From the sequence record QB031382.1: DNA of 64,000 bases, one strand, 5' to 3'. Shown here one piece after another: positions 20,103 through 27,850 of the stretch. The stretch comes from a phage. Position numbers and translations under genes: made by a program. A model generated the notes under the pieces. It was not told where the DNA came from. It saw nothing but the letters and a program-made list of their open reading frames with translations, and ran no database searches. Position 1 is the stretch's first letter; the number at the start of each line of letters is the position of its first letter.

Positions 20103-20153
20103 TAAACACGTAAACGGGAAAACTTCCCAGAACACACAAAAGGAGAAAACACC

Positions 20154-20495
20154 ATGACTACTATGACCGCCGCAGAAAAAGCTATGCAGATCGCCGCGCT
20201 GAAAAAACAGATCGCAGACCTTGAGAACAAGATCGATAACTTTGAAATCGACGAGGACAAGTACGACGAAAACTATAATGAATGGCTAGACGAGATCCAC
20301 GGCGAAATTATGATCGGTAACATTTCTTTTCTTCCGTCGCGTATCCTCAAGGAGTTAGATCCTATCGCTTACCGCTGCGGATTTAGCGACTACATCGACA
20401 GCCTGGGCATTGAGGACGACGAAGACTATCAAGAATTGCAGACAGAGTTGGAAGAAATGAAAGAGGAGCTTTCAAAGCTGGAAGAAAACGAGTAA
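20154..20495 (+). CDS. hypothetical coiled-coil acidic protein
   Basis: Promoter, 5' hairpin and SD AAAGGAGAA upstream. Confidence 0.55.
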   Translation: MTTMTAAEKAMQIAALKKQIADLENKIDNFEIDEDKYDENYNEWLDEIHGEIMIGNISFLPSRILKELDPIAYRCGFSDYIDSLGIEDDEDYQELQTELEEMKEELSKLEENE

Positions 20496-20507
20496 AATTT
20501 ATTTTTA

Positions 20508-20531
20508 GATGGCCTTGACCCCAGGGCCATC
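20508..20531 (+). repeat. conserved 3' RNA hairpin element, copy 2
   Basis: Near-identical to copy at 19886. Confidence 0.55.
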
Positions 20532-20581
20532 AATAAAGTAAACTTTACACTGTTACACTGAACTAATGAGGAGTTAAAACT

Positions 20582-20827
20582 ATGGCAGCACTAATCACAA
20601 AATATTATGCGCCCACCAACACCAAAAGCGCCCGTATCATGGTAAAAGGTTTCGGACGTAAAAAGGTCTACACCTGGGACTATTCCCTAGATATGGAAGA
20701 CAATTATACCAACGTAATGACTGATTTTATTAATGATCTGAATAAACAGATCCTAACCGACTACAAAGTGACCGATATTGTTTACATAGGTGAAGGCGGG
20801 ATCTGTTTTGTAGGCATTGTGAAATAG
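20582..20827 (+). CDS. hypothetical protein
   Basis: SD GAGGAG upstream. Confidence 0.5.
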   Translation: MAALITKYYAPTNTKSARIMVKGFGRKKVYTWDYSLDMEDNYTNVMTDFINDLNKQILTDYKVTDIVYIGEGGICFVGIVK

Positions 20828-20837
20828 TTATTTTTTC

Positions 20838-20862
20838 GGTGGTCCTGGTTGCAGGGGCCATC
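20838..20862 (+). repeat. conserved 3' RNA hairpin element, divergent copy
   Basis: GGTGGTCCT-GGTTGC-AGGGGCCATC; substitutions keep pairing only as G-U in plus-strand RNA. Confidence 0.45.
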
Positions 20863-20903
20863 TATAAAGATAATTTATTAACACCATGAAAGGAGAAAGT
20901 AAC

Positions 20904-21257
20904 ATGATCAGCGGGGCCAGTTTTATTATCGGCGCTATTGCTACGGCTTTAATTGTAAACAAGATCCAGGATAAAAAGGAAAGAGGAAGTACCGCCCTTG
21001 CAGAATATCCATTTTGGACATTCAACGATAACGAAGATTATATTATAAAGTATAAAAATAAAGAAGGCGACCAAGTAACACCGCGACCGATCCCGGCTTA
21101 CAAAATGCAGGAAACACTATACCGCCTTGAGGCGGGCGGCGCAAAAATTGTTGACTTTTGGGGATACGACCACACAGATCAGGAAGTTATAAAGCGCCGT
21201 ATCCGGGCTATTCAGGCCAATATTGAGGTTAGCAAGAGGGGAATATATGAAAATTAA
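20904..21257 (+). CDS. hypothetical membrane protein
   Basis: SD AAAGGAGAAAG before ATG; N-terminal hydrophobic helix. Confidence 0.5.
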   Translation: MISGASFIIGAIATALIVNKIQDKKERGSTALAEYPFWTFNDNEDYIIKYKNKEGDQVTPRPIPAYKMQETLYRLEAGGAKIVDFWGYDHTDQEVIKRRIRAIQANIEVSKRGIYEN

Positions 21258-21444
21258 TTTCGAGAAAATTGTAAAGCGCCCTCATGATTCCGAAGAGTTG
21301 CCAGAACGCCGCCAGCGCAACAATAAGCTGAATAAGCCAAAAAGGTTTGGGAAGATCTGGCGTAATCATTATGATCGTAAATTGCCCGGCCTACTTTTGG
21401 AACGTGAACGACAGGCAGAACGCTACCGCCATAAAGACAAATAA
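21247..21444 (+). CDS. hypothetical basic protein
   Basis: ATG overlapping upstream gene end; Lys/Arg-rich. Confidence 0.4.
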   Translation: MKINFEKIVKRPHDSEELPERRQRNNKLNKPKRFGKIWRNHYDRKLPGLLLERERQAERYRHKDK

Positions 21445-21452
21445 CAACCAAC

Positions 21453-21480
21453 GCCCCGCCATTGTGCGGGGCTTTTTATT
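21453..21480 (+). terminator. intrinsic terminator
   Basis: Hairpin GCCCCGC-CATTGT-GCGGGGC followed by TTTTTATTT. Confidence 0.65.
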
Positions 21481-21601
21481 TCTATCCTACGAATAGCGCC
21501 CCTGGTTGGCCCTGTAAGCGCCAAAAAGGCCCCCACCTATGCAATCGCCCCTTTAACCTGAAAACATCGCCCAGGGCCGTCCTATGGCGTTAAAAATATC
21601 A

Positions 21602-21629
21602 TTGACATCGTCAACAGGTTAGCTATACT
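21602..21629 (+). promoter_or_regulatory. sigma70-like promoter
   Basis: TTGACA, 16-bp spacer, TATACT. Confidence 0.5.
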
Positions 21630-21661
21630 AACCACATCAAAGAGAGAAAGGAGTAAACGCC

Positions 21662-21922
21662 ATGCGTAAATTAAAAAATTTTGATAAAGTTGATGTTATC
21701 CTGAATAATTTTTACTACTGCAACAATAAAGCTATCTGGTGGCGGGATAGTTCCACCGATAAAGTCAAAGCGCGCTTTCTTCAAGGGCACTGGCAAGGCC
21801 GCCCAGTGATTAAAATCATGGGGCAATTGGTAGCGTTTAAAAATTGCCGCCGCGTTGATGACGTTGAGGAGATTTTAAACATTTTGCGCCACAATAATTT
21901 AAAAAATAGTGTTGACAAGTAG
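21662..21922 (+). CDS. hypothetical protein
   Basis: SD AAAGGAG upstream. Confidence 0.5.
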   Translation: MRKLKNFDKVDVILNNFYYCNNKAIWWRDSSTDKVKARFLQGHWQGRPVIKIMGQLVAFKNCRRVDDVEEILNILRHNNLKNSVDK

Positions 21923-21939
21923 ATCTCAATAAGTATAAT
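21912..21939 (+). promoter_or_regulatory. sigma70-like promoter
   Basis: TTGACA, 16-bp spacer, TATAAT. Confidence 0.55.
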
Positions 21940-21949
21940 TAAACACACA

Positions 21950-21968
21950 GGCGGGAAAACTTCCCGCC
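21950..21968 (+). promoter_or_regulatory. 5' UTR stem-loop
   Basis: GGCGGGAA-AAC-TTCCCGCC. Confidence 0.5.
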
Positions 21969-21996
21969 ACTAACAAAGAAAACAGGAGAAAATATC

Positions 21997-22620
21997 ATGA
22001 CCACCGTTAACATTACCACAGGTTACAATTTATCTTTCGACGTGCTGACCGACGAACAAAAAGAAAAAGCCATTGAAATGGTCCGCGAAAGAGAAGAACG
22101 TAGCGGGGACGATTTTTTCGCAGAAAATGTAATTGAATACTATAAAGAACAAGTTTTTCCAGAGTACGGCCTTGAGGATACCGAAGTACATTGGTCCGGC
22201 TTTTGGTGTCAAGGCGATGGCGCATCGATCAGTGCTGAAAATGTAGACTTAGAAAAATTCTTGCGTAAAGTCAAGGCCCTGACCAAGTTCAGATCAATTC
22301 GTCACTTGTTCGGCACAATGCACGATGGCGAACTATCCGCCAGTGTTGAACGCGACAAGTACAGCCATTACAGCCATGAAAACACTATAAGCGGGTACAT
22401 TGATACCACTTGGATAGATCTGACCGCCAAACAAGAAAACAAAGTGGAAGACCTGGAAGAATTGATCACCGAGACGGTACGGGAGCTATCCCGCAAGGTT
22501 TACGTAGACCTTGAGGAGGCCTATCTAGAACAGTTCACCGCAGAAAACCTGATCGGCCTTATTCAGGCCAATGATTGGCGGTTTGATGTCGATGAATATG
22601 GTGAGATGACTTTTTCATAA
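21997..22620 (+). CDS. hypothetical protein
   Basis: Promoter, hairpin and SD upstream; 207 aa. Confidence 0.55.
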   Translation: MTTVNITTGYNLSFDVLTDEQKEKAIEMVREREERSGDDFFAENVIEYYKEQVFPEYGLEDTEVHWSGFWCQGDGASISAENVDLEKFLRKVKALTKFRSIRHLFGTMHDGELSASVERDKYSHYSHENTISGYIDTTWIDLTAKQENKVEDLEELITETVRELSRKVYVDLEEAYLEQFTAENLIGLIQANDWRFDVDEYGEMTFS

Positions 22621-22628
22621 ATAAAGTG

Positions 22629-22656
22629 TTGCAATAACCTAAAAACCTGCTATATT
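22629..22656 (+). promoter_or_regulatory. sigma70-like promoter
   Basis: TTGCAA, 16-bp spacer, TATATT. Confidence 0.45.
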
Positions 22657-22713
22657 AAAACTCAAGGGGGGCAAGACATTTGCCCGCCAACACAAAACAA
22701 AGAGGATAACATC

Positions 22714-23094
22714 ATGAAAAATACTACTAAGGCTATTGACACCGTTATGTTTAACCTGGTTACACTCCGTGAAGATATGAAAGATCTTCCGCGTGAAACA
22801 GTGTGCGACCATATCGAAAACTATCGCAAACTAATCAAAGAGTTGCCATTAAAACGAGATCAGTACGCGGCTAACGCTATGCTAAACGCCATGATCAAAA
22901 AGATGATCCAGTGTGATCTAACCCTGGCCTATGATTATGCAGGCGGTCGTTTTGCAGTATACAATCAGCCCGTGCCTGGTATGAGCACCACCGAAGAATT
23001 GCACGCGCTCAATCTAAAACAGGACGTGTGGGATAGTATGCCTCGCGTGGTGGTATGGGTAGAAAGCGGGAAGATTTACGGCGATAATTTTTAA
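22714..23094 (+). CDS. hypothetical protein
   Basis: SD AAGAGGA upstream. Confidence 0.5.
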   Translation: MKNTTKAIDTVMFNLVTLREDMKDLPRETVCDHIENYRKLIKELPLKRDQYAANAMLNAMIKKMIQCDLTLAYDYAGGRFAVYNQPVPGMSTTEELHALNLKQDVWDSMPRVVVWVESGKIYGDNF

Positions 23095-23158
23095 TCAGGT
23101 AGCAGGCGGCATAATTGCCGCCTTATTGTTGATCAGAACTGCAAAAGGGGTACATAGA

Positions 23159-23530
23159 ATGGAATTTATTATTTTGGCCGTATTGGTTGCCTTATTTAAC
23201 GCCTGGATCGCTGGCAAGATGGGAAGATCCGCCTTTTTATGGTTTATTATATCTATTTTCCTGGGGGTGGTTGCAACTATTGTACTGGTTATCCTTGCAA
23301 TTGTTGACAAGGGGAATAATAGAAAGGGTAAAGTATTTTCAGACCTGTACGACGCTCAAACGTTTGTCAACGCCTATTACAGCGATCTTCCAGTCTCCCT
23401 ACGTTGCAGCCTTGCACAACAGGTTTTTGATGAGGCTAAAACCAGAGATCACGCCCATGAGATTTGTTTAACTGAGGCGGATCGCTTATTTGAGAGGAAT
23501 AGAAAATATGTGGGCCAGCCGTTTAAATAA
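23159..23530 (+). CDS. hypothetical membrane protein
   Basis: Two predicted TM helices; ATG after AAGGGG. Confidence 0.5.
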   Translation: MEFIILAVLVALFNAWIAGKMGRSAFLWFIISIFLGVVATIVLVILAIVDKGNNRKGKVFSDLYDAQTFVNAYYSDLPVSLRCSLAQQVFDEAKTRDHAHEICLTEADRLFERNRKYVGQPFK

Positions 23531-23873
23531 TACCACGTTAATTAATCCATTTAGTGAAGATTTGAGGCCAGCCGCCTGGCGGAATGGATTCAATAACGAA
23601 AAATTTACTTTTAGGCCTGATCTTGAGGAATTTTATAACAATGGATCGAACAACGACAGAAATAATTTTTCTCGTAATGTGCGTGGCGATAATACTCCTG
23701 GGGGCCATTGTAAACCACGTCACTGCTAACAGGAGGAAAGGGGGAGACGATGACAACCAAGGATAAGCCCAGCACCGACAAGGCGCGCCGCGTTATGGTA
23801 TGGCTTGAGATTATCGCCCTTGAAATATTGTTAGGCGTAGGGATGTATTTTATCGCCGTACGTACCTGATAAC

Positions 23874-23906
23874 GGCCCCCGATCCCTGGGGGCCTGACTT
23901 TTTTCA
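23874..23906 (+). terminator. intrinsic terminator
   Basis: Hairpin GGCCCCC-GATCCCT-GGGGGCC followed by T-rich tract. Confidence 0.55.
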
Positions 23907-23933
23907 AAAAAAAAAATTTTTTCTTCCGGGGTG

Positions 23934-23961
23934 TTGCAATCCGGTCCGGAATATGGATAAT
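23934..23961 (+). promoter_or_regulatory. sigma70-like promoter
   Basis: TTGCAA, 16-bp spacer, GATAAT; shares ATATGGATAATA box with promoter at 24752. Confidence 0.45.
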
Positions 23962-24020
23962 AACAATCAACGGGGAGACACTCCCCACCACACAGACAAA
24001 GTTCCAAAAGGAGAAACAAA

Positions 24021-24221
24021 ATGAGCAACAATATCCGCGTTATTAACTTCAAAAAAGAAGAAAAAATAGCTGTGCTGGTTGATGGTCAAGAAATATTCAA
24101 GGGGTATTACGAAGATCATCAGGCGGCGATCAGTATTACCCGCGTAATTGGTTACCATAATTTTTACCCTCAAGGCGCTGAGGCAGCAGTAAAACGAATT
24201 AAGGAGATTGTAGGCCTGTAA
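24021..24221 (+). CDS. hypothetical protein
   Basis: SD AAAGGAGAA upstream. Confidence 0.5.
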   Translation: MSNNIRVINFKKEEKIAVLVDGQEIFKGYYEDHQAAISITRVIGYHNFYPQGAEAAVKRIKEIVGL

Positions 24222-24233
24222 AATTTATTTTTA

Positions 24234-24257
24234 GATGGCCTTGACCCCAGGGCCATC
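24234..24257 (+). repeat. conserved 3' RNA hairpin element, copy 3
   Basis: Near-identical to copies at 19886 and 20508. Confidence 0.55.
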
Positions 24258-24313
24258 AAATAAAGTAAATTTAAAACCTGTTAAAATAATCAGTGCAAAA
24301 AGGAGAAATGATC

Positions 24314-24613
24314 ATGTTTATACCCGCCAATGATCTTTATTTCTTTGATGGTCAGATCGTAGACGGCGTGGAAGTTGAGATCGCTGGATGTAAAGGCGGC
24401 CAGGTAATGATCTTCCGCAATAGTGCCTTTAACGATCATTTTATTACAATGACTGTGGAAGTTAAAAAGCTGGATGATAAGAAAACACTCATTGACTATT
24501 CCGTGAAAGATCATCCAGACTACCACATGATCTATGGTGATTTGTGCATTGTTGACCGTGACAAGGTGGGCGGCATTGTGATCGCTATTGTGAACGATGT
24601 TTTCTCTGAATAA
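24314..24613 (+). CDS. hypothetical protein
   Basis: SD AAGGAGAA 8 nt before ATG. Confidence 0.5.
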   Translation: MFIPANDLYFFDGQIVDGVEVEIAGCKGGQVMIFRNSAFNDHFITMTVEVKKLDDKKTLIDYSVKDHPDYHMIYGDLCIVDRDKVGGIVIAIVNDVFSE

Positions 24614-24673
24614 TTCCGGCAAATGATGCAAAATAAGGCCCATGGCAGGGCCTGCAGCGATATAATCACACAA

Positions 24674-24703
24674 AGGCTATGCAGTTGCATGGCCTTTTTA
24701 TTT
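24674..24703 (+). terminator. intrinsic terminator
   Basis: Hairpin AGGCTATGCA-GT-TGCATGGCCT followed by TTTTATTTT. Confidence 0.5.
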
Positions 24704-24751
24704 TAGCGCTACAGCGGCCCCCAAGGCGTTTAAAAAATTTTTAAAAAGTAC

Positions 24752-24779
24752 TTGCATCAAGTCCGACAATATGGATAAT
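24752..24779 (+). promoter_or_regulatory. sigma70-like promoter
   Basis: TTGCAT, 16-bp spacer, GATAAT. Confidence 0.45.
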
Positions 24780-24838
24780 AGGACTTATCAGGGGGGGGCG
24801 GCCCCCAATCATTAACCGGATAGATGGGAGTTAAAATC

Positions 24839-25123
24839 ATGGCTATTGTTACCGTGGGCGATGTAGTAGAAATGGAAGCAAAATACTTAAAAGCGGGTAT
24901 GCATATCCTACGCAACGATCTTGAACTAGTCCTGACAATGGTCGACTATAATCCCGGTCAGGATTATCCAAGCATCGACTACTTTTTCCAGTATGTTGAC
25001 GAAGAATTAAAAGAAGATGACGCTTATCGTGGTGAATTTTGCAATTTCTTTTGCCCTGATGAGGTTGTAAAAGTTATCTATCAACCTGGCGTACCTTTCC
25101 CGTTGCACGCCATCAATAAATAA
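24839..25123 (+). CDS. hypothetical protein
   Basis: ATG after GGGAG. Confidence 0.5.
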   Translation: MAIVTVGDVVEMEAKYLKAGMHILRNDLELVLTMVDYNPGQDYPSIDYFFQYVDEELKEDDAYRGEFCNFFCPDEVVKVIYQPGVPFPLHAINK

Positions 25124-25584
25124 GCCTGGCGGGGCCGAAAAAGGCCCCTCCTGAAACTATGAAAAAATAAAGATAGGTGAATCATCATGATGGAACAAAT
25201 TAAACGCGCTGAGGCTATTAATGGCAATGATGCCGCCAACATGACAGAATGAAAAACATCATTTACAGATTGACAAAACGCAACATCATGATCGCCACCG
25301 TGATCGCTTGCCTTTTCGCTTTCGTGAGTAACGCAACGTTTAACGCCGTGGGCCGGGTGGTGTTTAATGCTGGCAGTGTTTCAACAGCTAACACAATAAT
25401 CGATTGTTTGCAACTTTTCTTTTATGTTGCCTTTCGTTTAAAAATAGCTTGCAAGGTAGACCGTTTTGATTTACCTTTTATTTGTGGCGGCGTGATCGCT
25501 ATCGTATGCTAACAGAGGATCAGAAGAAAAGTGTACGACATAGGGCGGGGCAATAAGGCAACGCCCATTAATGAGGGTGGAATC

Positions 25585-25689
25585 ATGTTAGAAAAAATTT
25601 TCACGGTTGTAGTAGTTGGCATGGCATTATCGGTTGGAGTGGTTGCAACTATGGCTAACATGATCCTATCTTCCCACGGTATCGGGTAA
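25585..25689 (+). CDS. small hydrophobic peptide (34 aa)
   Basis: Hand-translated MLEKIFTVVVVGMALSVGVVATMANMILSSHGIG; SD GAGGGTGG upstream. Confidence 0.4.
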   Translation: MLEKIFTVVVVGMALSVGVVATMANMILSSHGIG

Positions 25690-25699
25690 GGTGAAACAA

Positions 25700-25858
25700 A
25701 TGATCACGAACAAAACAGGAAAAACGGAATTTTTACGCGGCTTGCAAATAGGTAAGCCTGAGATCTGGTATTGCACTAAAACACCACGTGACGAAATGAA
25801 AGATTTTACCGCCACGCTGAAGCGGGTAAAGATATCTATCACGCAGAAAAAGCCTTGA
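25700..25858 (+). CDS. small protein (52 aa)
   Basis: Hand-translated MITNKTGKTEFLRGLQIGKPEIWYCTK...; SD AAGGTG upstream. Confidence 0.4.
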   Translation: MITNKTGKTEFLRGLQIGKPEIWYCTKTPRDEMKDFTATLKRVKISITQKKP

Positions 25859-26004
25859 TAGTGGTGGAAGGTGAGATCCCTCAAGCCGTTGTTATAGTTG
25901 AGCGTACAGCATAGTTTAATCTATACCGTACGCCCCATTAACTAACAAAGCATAAGCAGGCGGCGGTGACCGCCTTGAACGCAACAGAAAGAGAATAGAA
26001 AAGC

Positions 26005-26139
26005 ATGAGAAAGGTAATTATCACCATAGGGATCGTGGCGGCAATGTTGGCGATCTTTCCCTTTATGGTTAGGTATGTGCTGATCAGTATTGTCCTGATA
26101 GTCAGTGGTCTATTGGAAACGGTTGGCAACTGGTTTTAA
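26005..26139 (+). CDS. small membrane protein (44 aa)
   Basis: Hand-translated MRKVIITIGIVAAMLAIFPFMVRYVLISIVLIVSGLLETVGNWF. Confidence 0.4.
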   Translation: MRKVIITIGIVAAMLAIFPFMVRYVLISIVLIVSGLLETVGNWF

Positions 26140-26210
26140 GATAATAAACAGGGCTTGCAATGGTCCTGTTTTTTGTTATACTTATCTCACGGGTGGCACC
26201 TGGCGACGGG

Positions 26211-26239
26211 GGGAGACAATCACCGGGGGTGCCCGTTAT
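26211..26239. repeat. GC-rich 29-nt element, right (inverted) copy
   Basis: Exact reverse complement of 18103-18131. Confidence 0.6.
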
Positions 26240-26258
26240 ATAAAAACTATAAAAACAG

Positions 26259-26287
26259 TTGACATCTGCCAGGTGGTTAGGTAACAT
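26259..26287 (+). promoter_or_regulatory. sigma70-like promoter
   Basis: TTGACA, 17-bp spacer, TAACAT. Confidence 0.45.
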
Positions 26288-26341
26288 TTATCTTGAAGGG
26301 GCAAAAGTGCCCACACAACAACCAGAAGAGAGGAAAACATT

Positions 26342-26614
26342 ATGTCAAGCTGGATTAATCAAAAAGTTGAATCACGTTTTAATGCTATCTGGGATCTCAT
26401 CGAAAAAGAGGACGGAACATCAAGCCCTTACCTCAATAATCTTGAATTCCATTTTGTGGAAGCGATGAACGCAGAACATGATCACAAAGGTGGCGCGGAT
26501 GAGTTCGCTCAAGGGTATGGCTTCAACAATGCCAACGAAATGATTGAAGCGGTTGTACTTCAGGCTGAGGAAGATTATCAATTAAAAACACTTGAATTTT
26601 GCCGCCGTAAGTAA
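26342..26614 (+). CDS. hypothetical protein
   Basis: SD AGAGAGGAA upstream. Confidence 0.5.
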   Translation: MSSWINQKVESRFNAIWDLIEKEDGTSSPYLNNLEFHFVEAMNAEHDHKGGADEFAQGYGFNNANEMIEAVVLQAEEDYQLKTLEFCRRK

Positions 26615-26675
26615 TAAGATAATGACACGGGCCAAAAGGCCCACCAAACCAGAACCCCATAAAGAGGAAAACATC

Positions 26676-26939
26676 ATGAAACGCCTTGATCAGCTCAAAC
26701 TAGTTCAGTACATGGCCTACAAAGTTATTGAAGTCCAAAAAGGTAGTAAAAAGGAGGTTTGCGAGAAAGCGTATAAGATCTTTACTCGTAAAAAAGATGA
26801 TTGGATGTTACGCCAGACCAAAAAGGCTGATATCCTGGGGTACCTGGAAGAAGAGATCCGGCTTGAAGAGCAAGAAGAGATCCGCCGCAGTGAGGCAGAT
26901 TATCAGGCAGCTTGGGAAAGCTGGATGAGAAACAAATAA
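26676..26939 (+). CDS. hypothetical protein
   Basis: ATG after SD AAAGAGGAAA. Confidence 0.5.
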   Translation: MKRLDQLKLVQYMAYKVIEVQKGSKKEVCEKAYKIFTRKKDDWMLRQTKKADILGYLEEEIRLEEQEEIRRSEADYQAAWESWMRNK

Positions 26940-26951
26940 TAAACATTATCA

Positions 26952-26978
26952 AGGGGCTTAGGCCCCTTTCTTTTTGTT
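26952..26978 (+). terminator. intrinsic terminator ending the plus-strand block
   Basis: Hairpin AGGGGC-TTA-GGCCCCT followed by TTCTTTTTG. Confidence 0.6.
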
Positions 26979-27731
26979 TGCTCTTTTCCTACCATAAACG
27001 GCCCTACCTGGCAAGTGGAATAATTGACGAGCCATTAATCCCGCACACTGTACAAATATACATATAAAATAACTATTGCATAATCTTTCATCTTGTGGTA
27101 GCAGGGTCATTTTTACACGTTTTTCCTTCCAAAAATGCACGTAATGCAGCTATTGCACAAAATTTAACCTGATGCACATTTTCAGCATACTGTCAACAAT
27201 TAAAAACCCTTATAAATCATACACTTACACAAACCAAAAAGCGTGTCCTACGTGAAAAATCGGGTGTAACTATAGCCGACAGATCTCAGAATCCACGTAC
27301 GATCACCATTCTATAGCCTGCTAAGTATTTATTCCAACCACAGAATAACGGAATAGTCAATACCTGTACAAAATAATTATTCGTATAAACTGCATAACAT
27401 AAATTTTCTCATGTGTAAACATTTTTCGTAAACAGTCCGAAATTGTCACGATAGGTTACTATAATCAGAGAAATCTTTAGTCGTCTAATGTTTACTGCAC
27501 ATAACTATACTGACTGGAATCATTAGATGACTAAGAGAAAGATAAGAAATAGTTAACAATGTAATTGTTTTACCTGTAACAATAAGGCAACTATGCAAAC
27601 GAATGTCATGGCGCGACGGAGTCGCGACATAATATAAAAGCAGTAACCATCACCCCCGTGATAGTTTATCTGCAAACTATTGATCAGATCATAGTTGCCT
27701 TAGATTTAGTTAATCATGACATAATAAGCAA

Positions 27732-27759
27732 GGCAACTATAGATCTGATAATAGTTGCC
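27732..27759. repeat. perfect palindrome
   Basis: GGCAACTAT-AGATCTGAT-AATAGTTGCC; half-sites recur nearby. Confidence 0.55.
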
Positions 27760-27789
27760 CTGCTTTTATATTATGTCATATATTATTAA

Positions 27790-27850
27790 CCTGTTAATTG
27801 TCAGCTTATTGGCTGTTAGCTTGTCAATTGTTAACTTGTTAATTGTTATC
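27790..27850. repeat. four tandem 15-bp iteron-like repeats
   Basis: CTGTTAATTGTCAGC / TTATTGGCTGTTAGC / TTGTCAATTGTTAAC / TTGTTAATTGTTATC. Confidence 0.55.

Noticed and set aside
23749-23868. A 39-aa membrane ORF starting at ATG 23749 behind a strong SD
   Set aside because: Careful re-reading shows an in-frame TAA after five codons; only the downstream hydrophobic segment is open, and it lacks an SD
19886-24257. Conserved 3' hairpins as canonical intrinsic terminators
   Set aside because: No U-tract follows the stem on either strand; other sites in the same region (21453, 23874, 26952) do have hairpin plus U-tract, so these are kept as a separate RNA element
27790-27850. Possible CRISPR array
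   Set aside because: Only four 15-bp units with no spacers of defined length and no cas genes; better described as iterons
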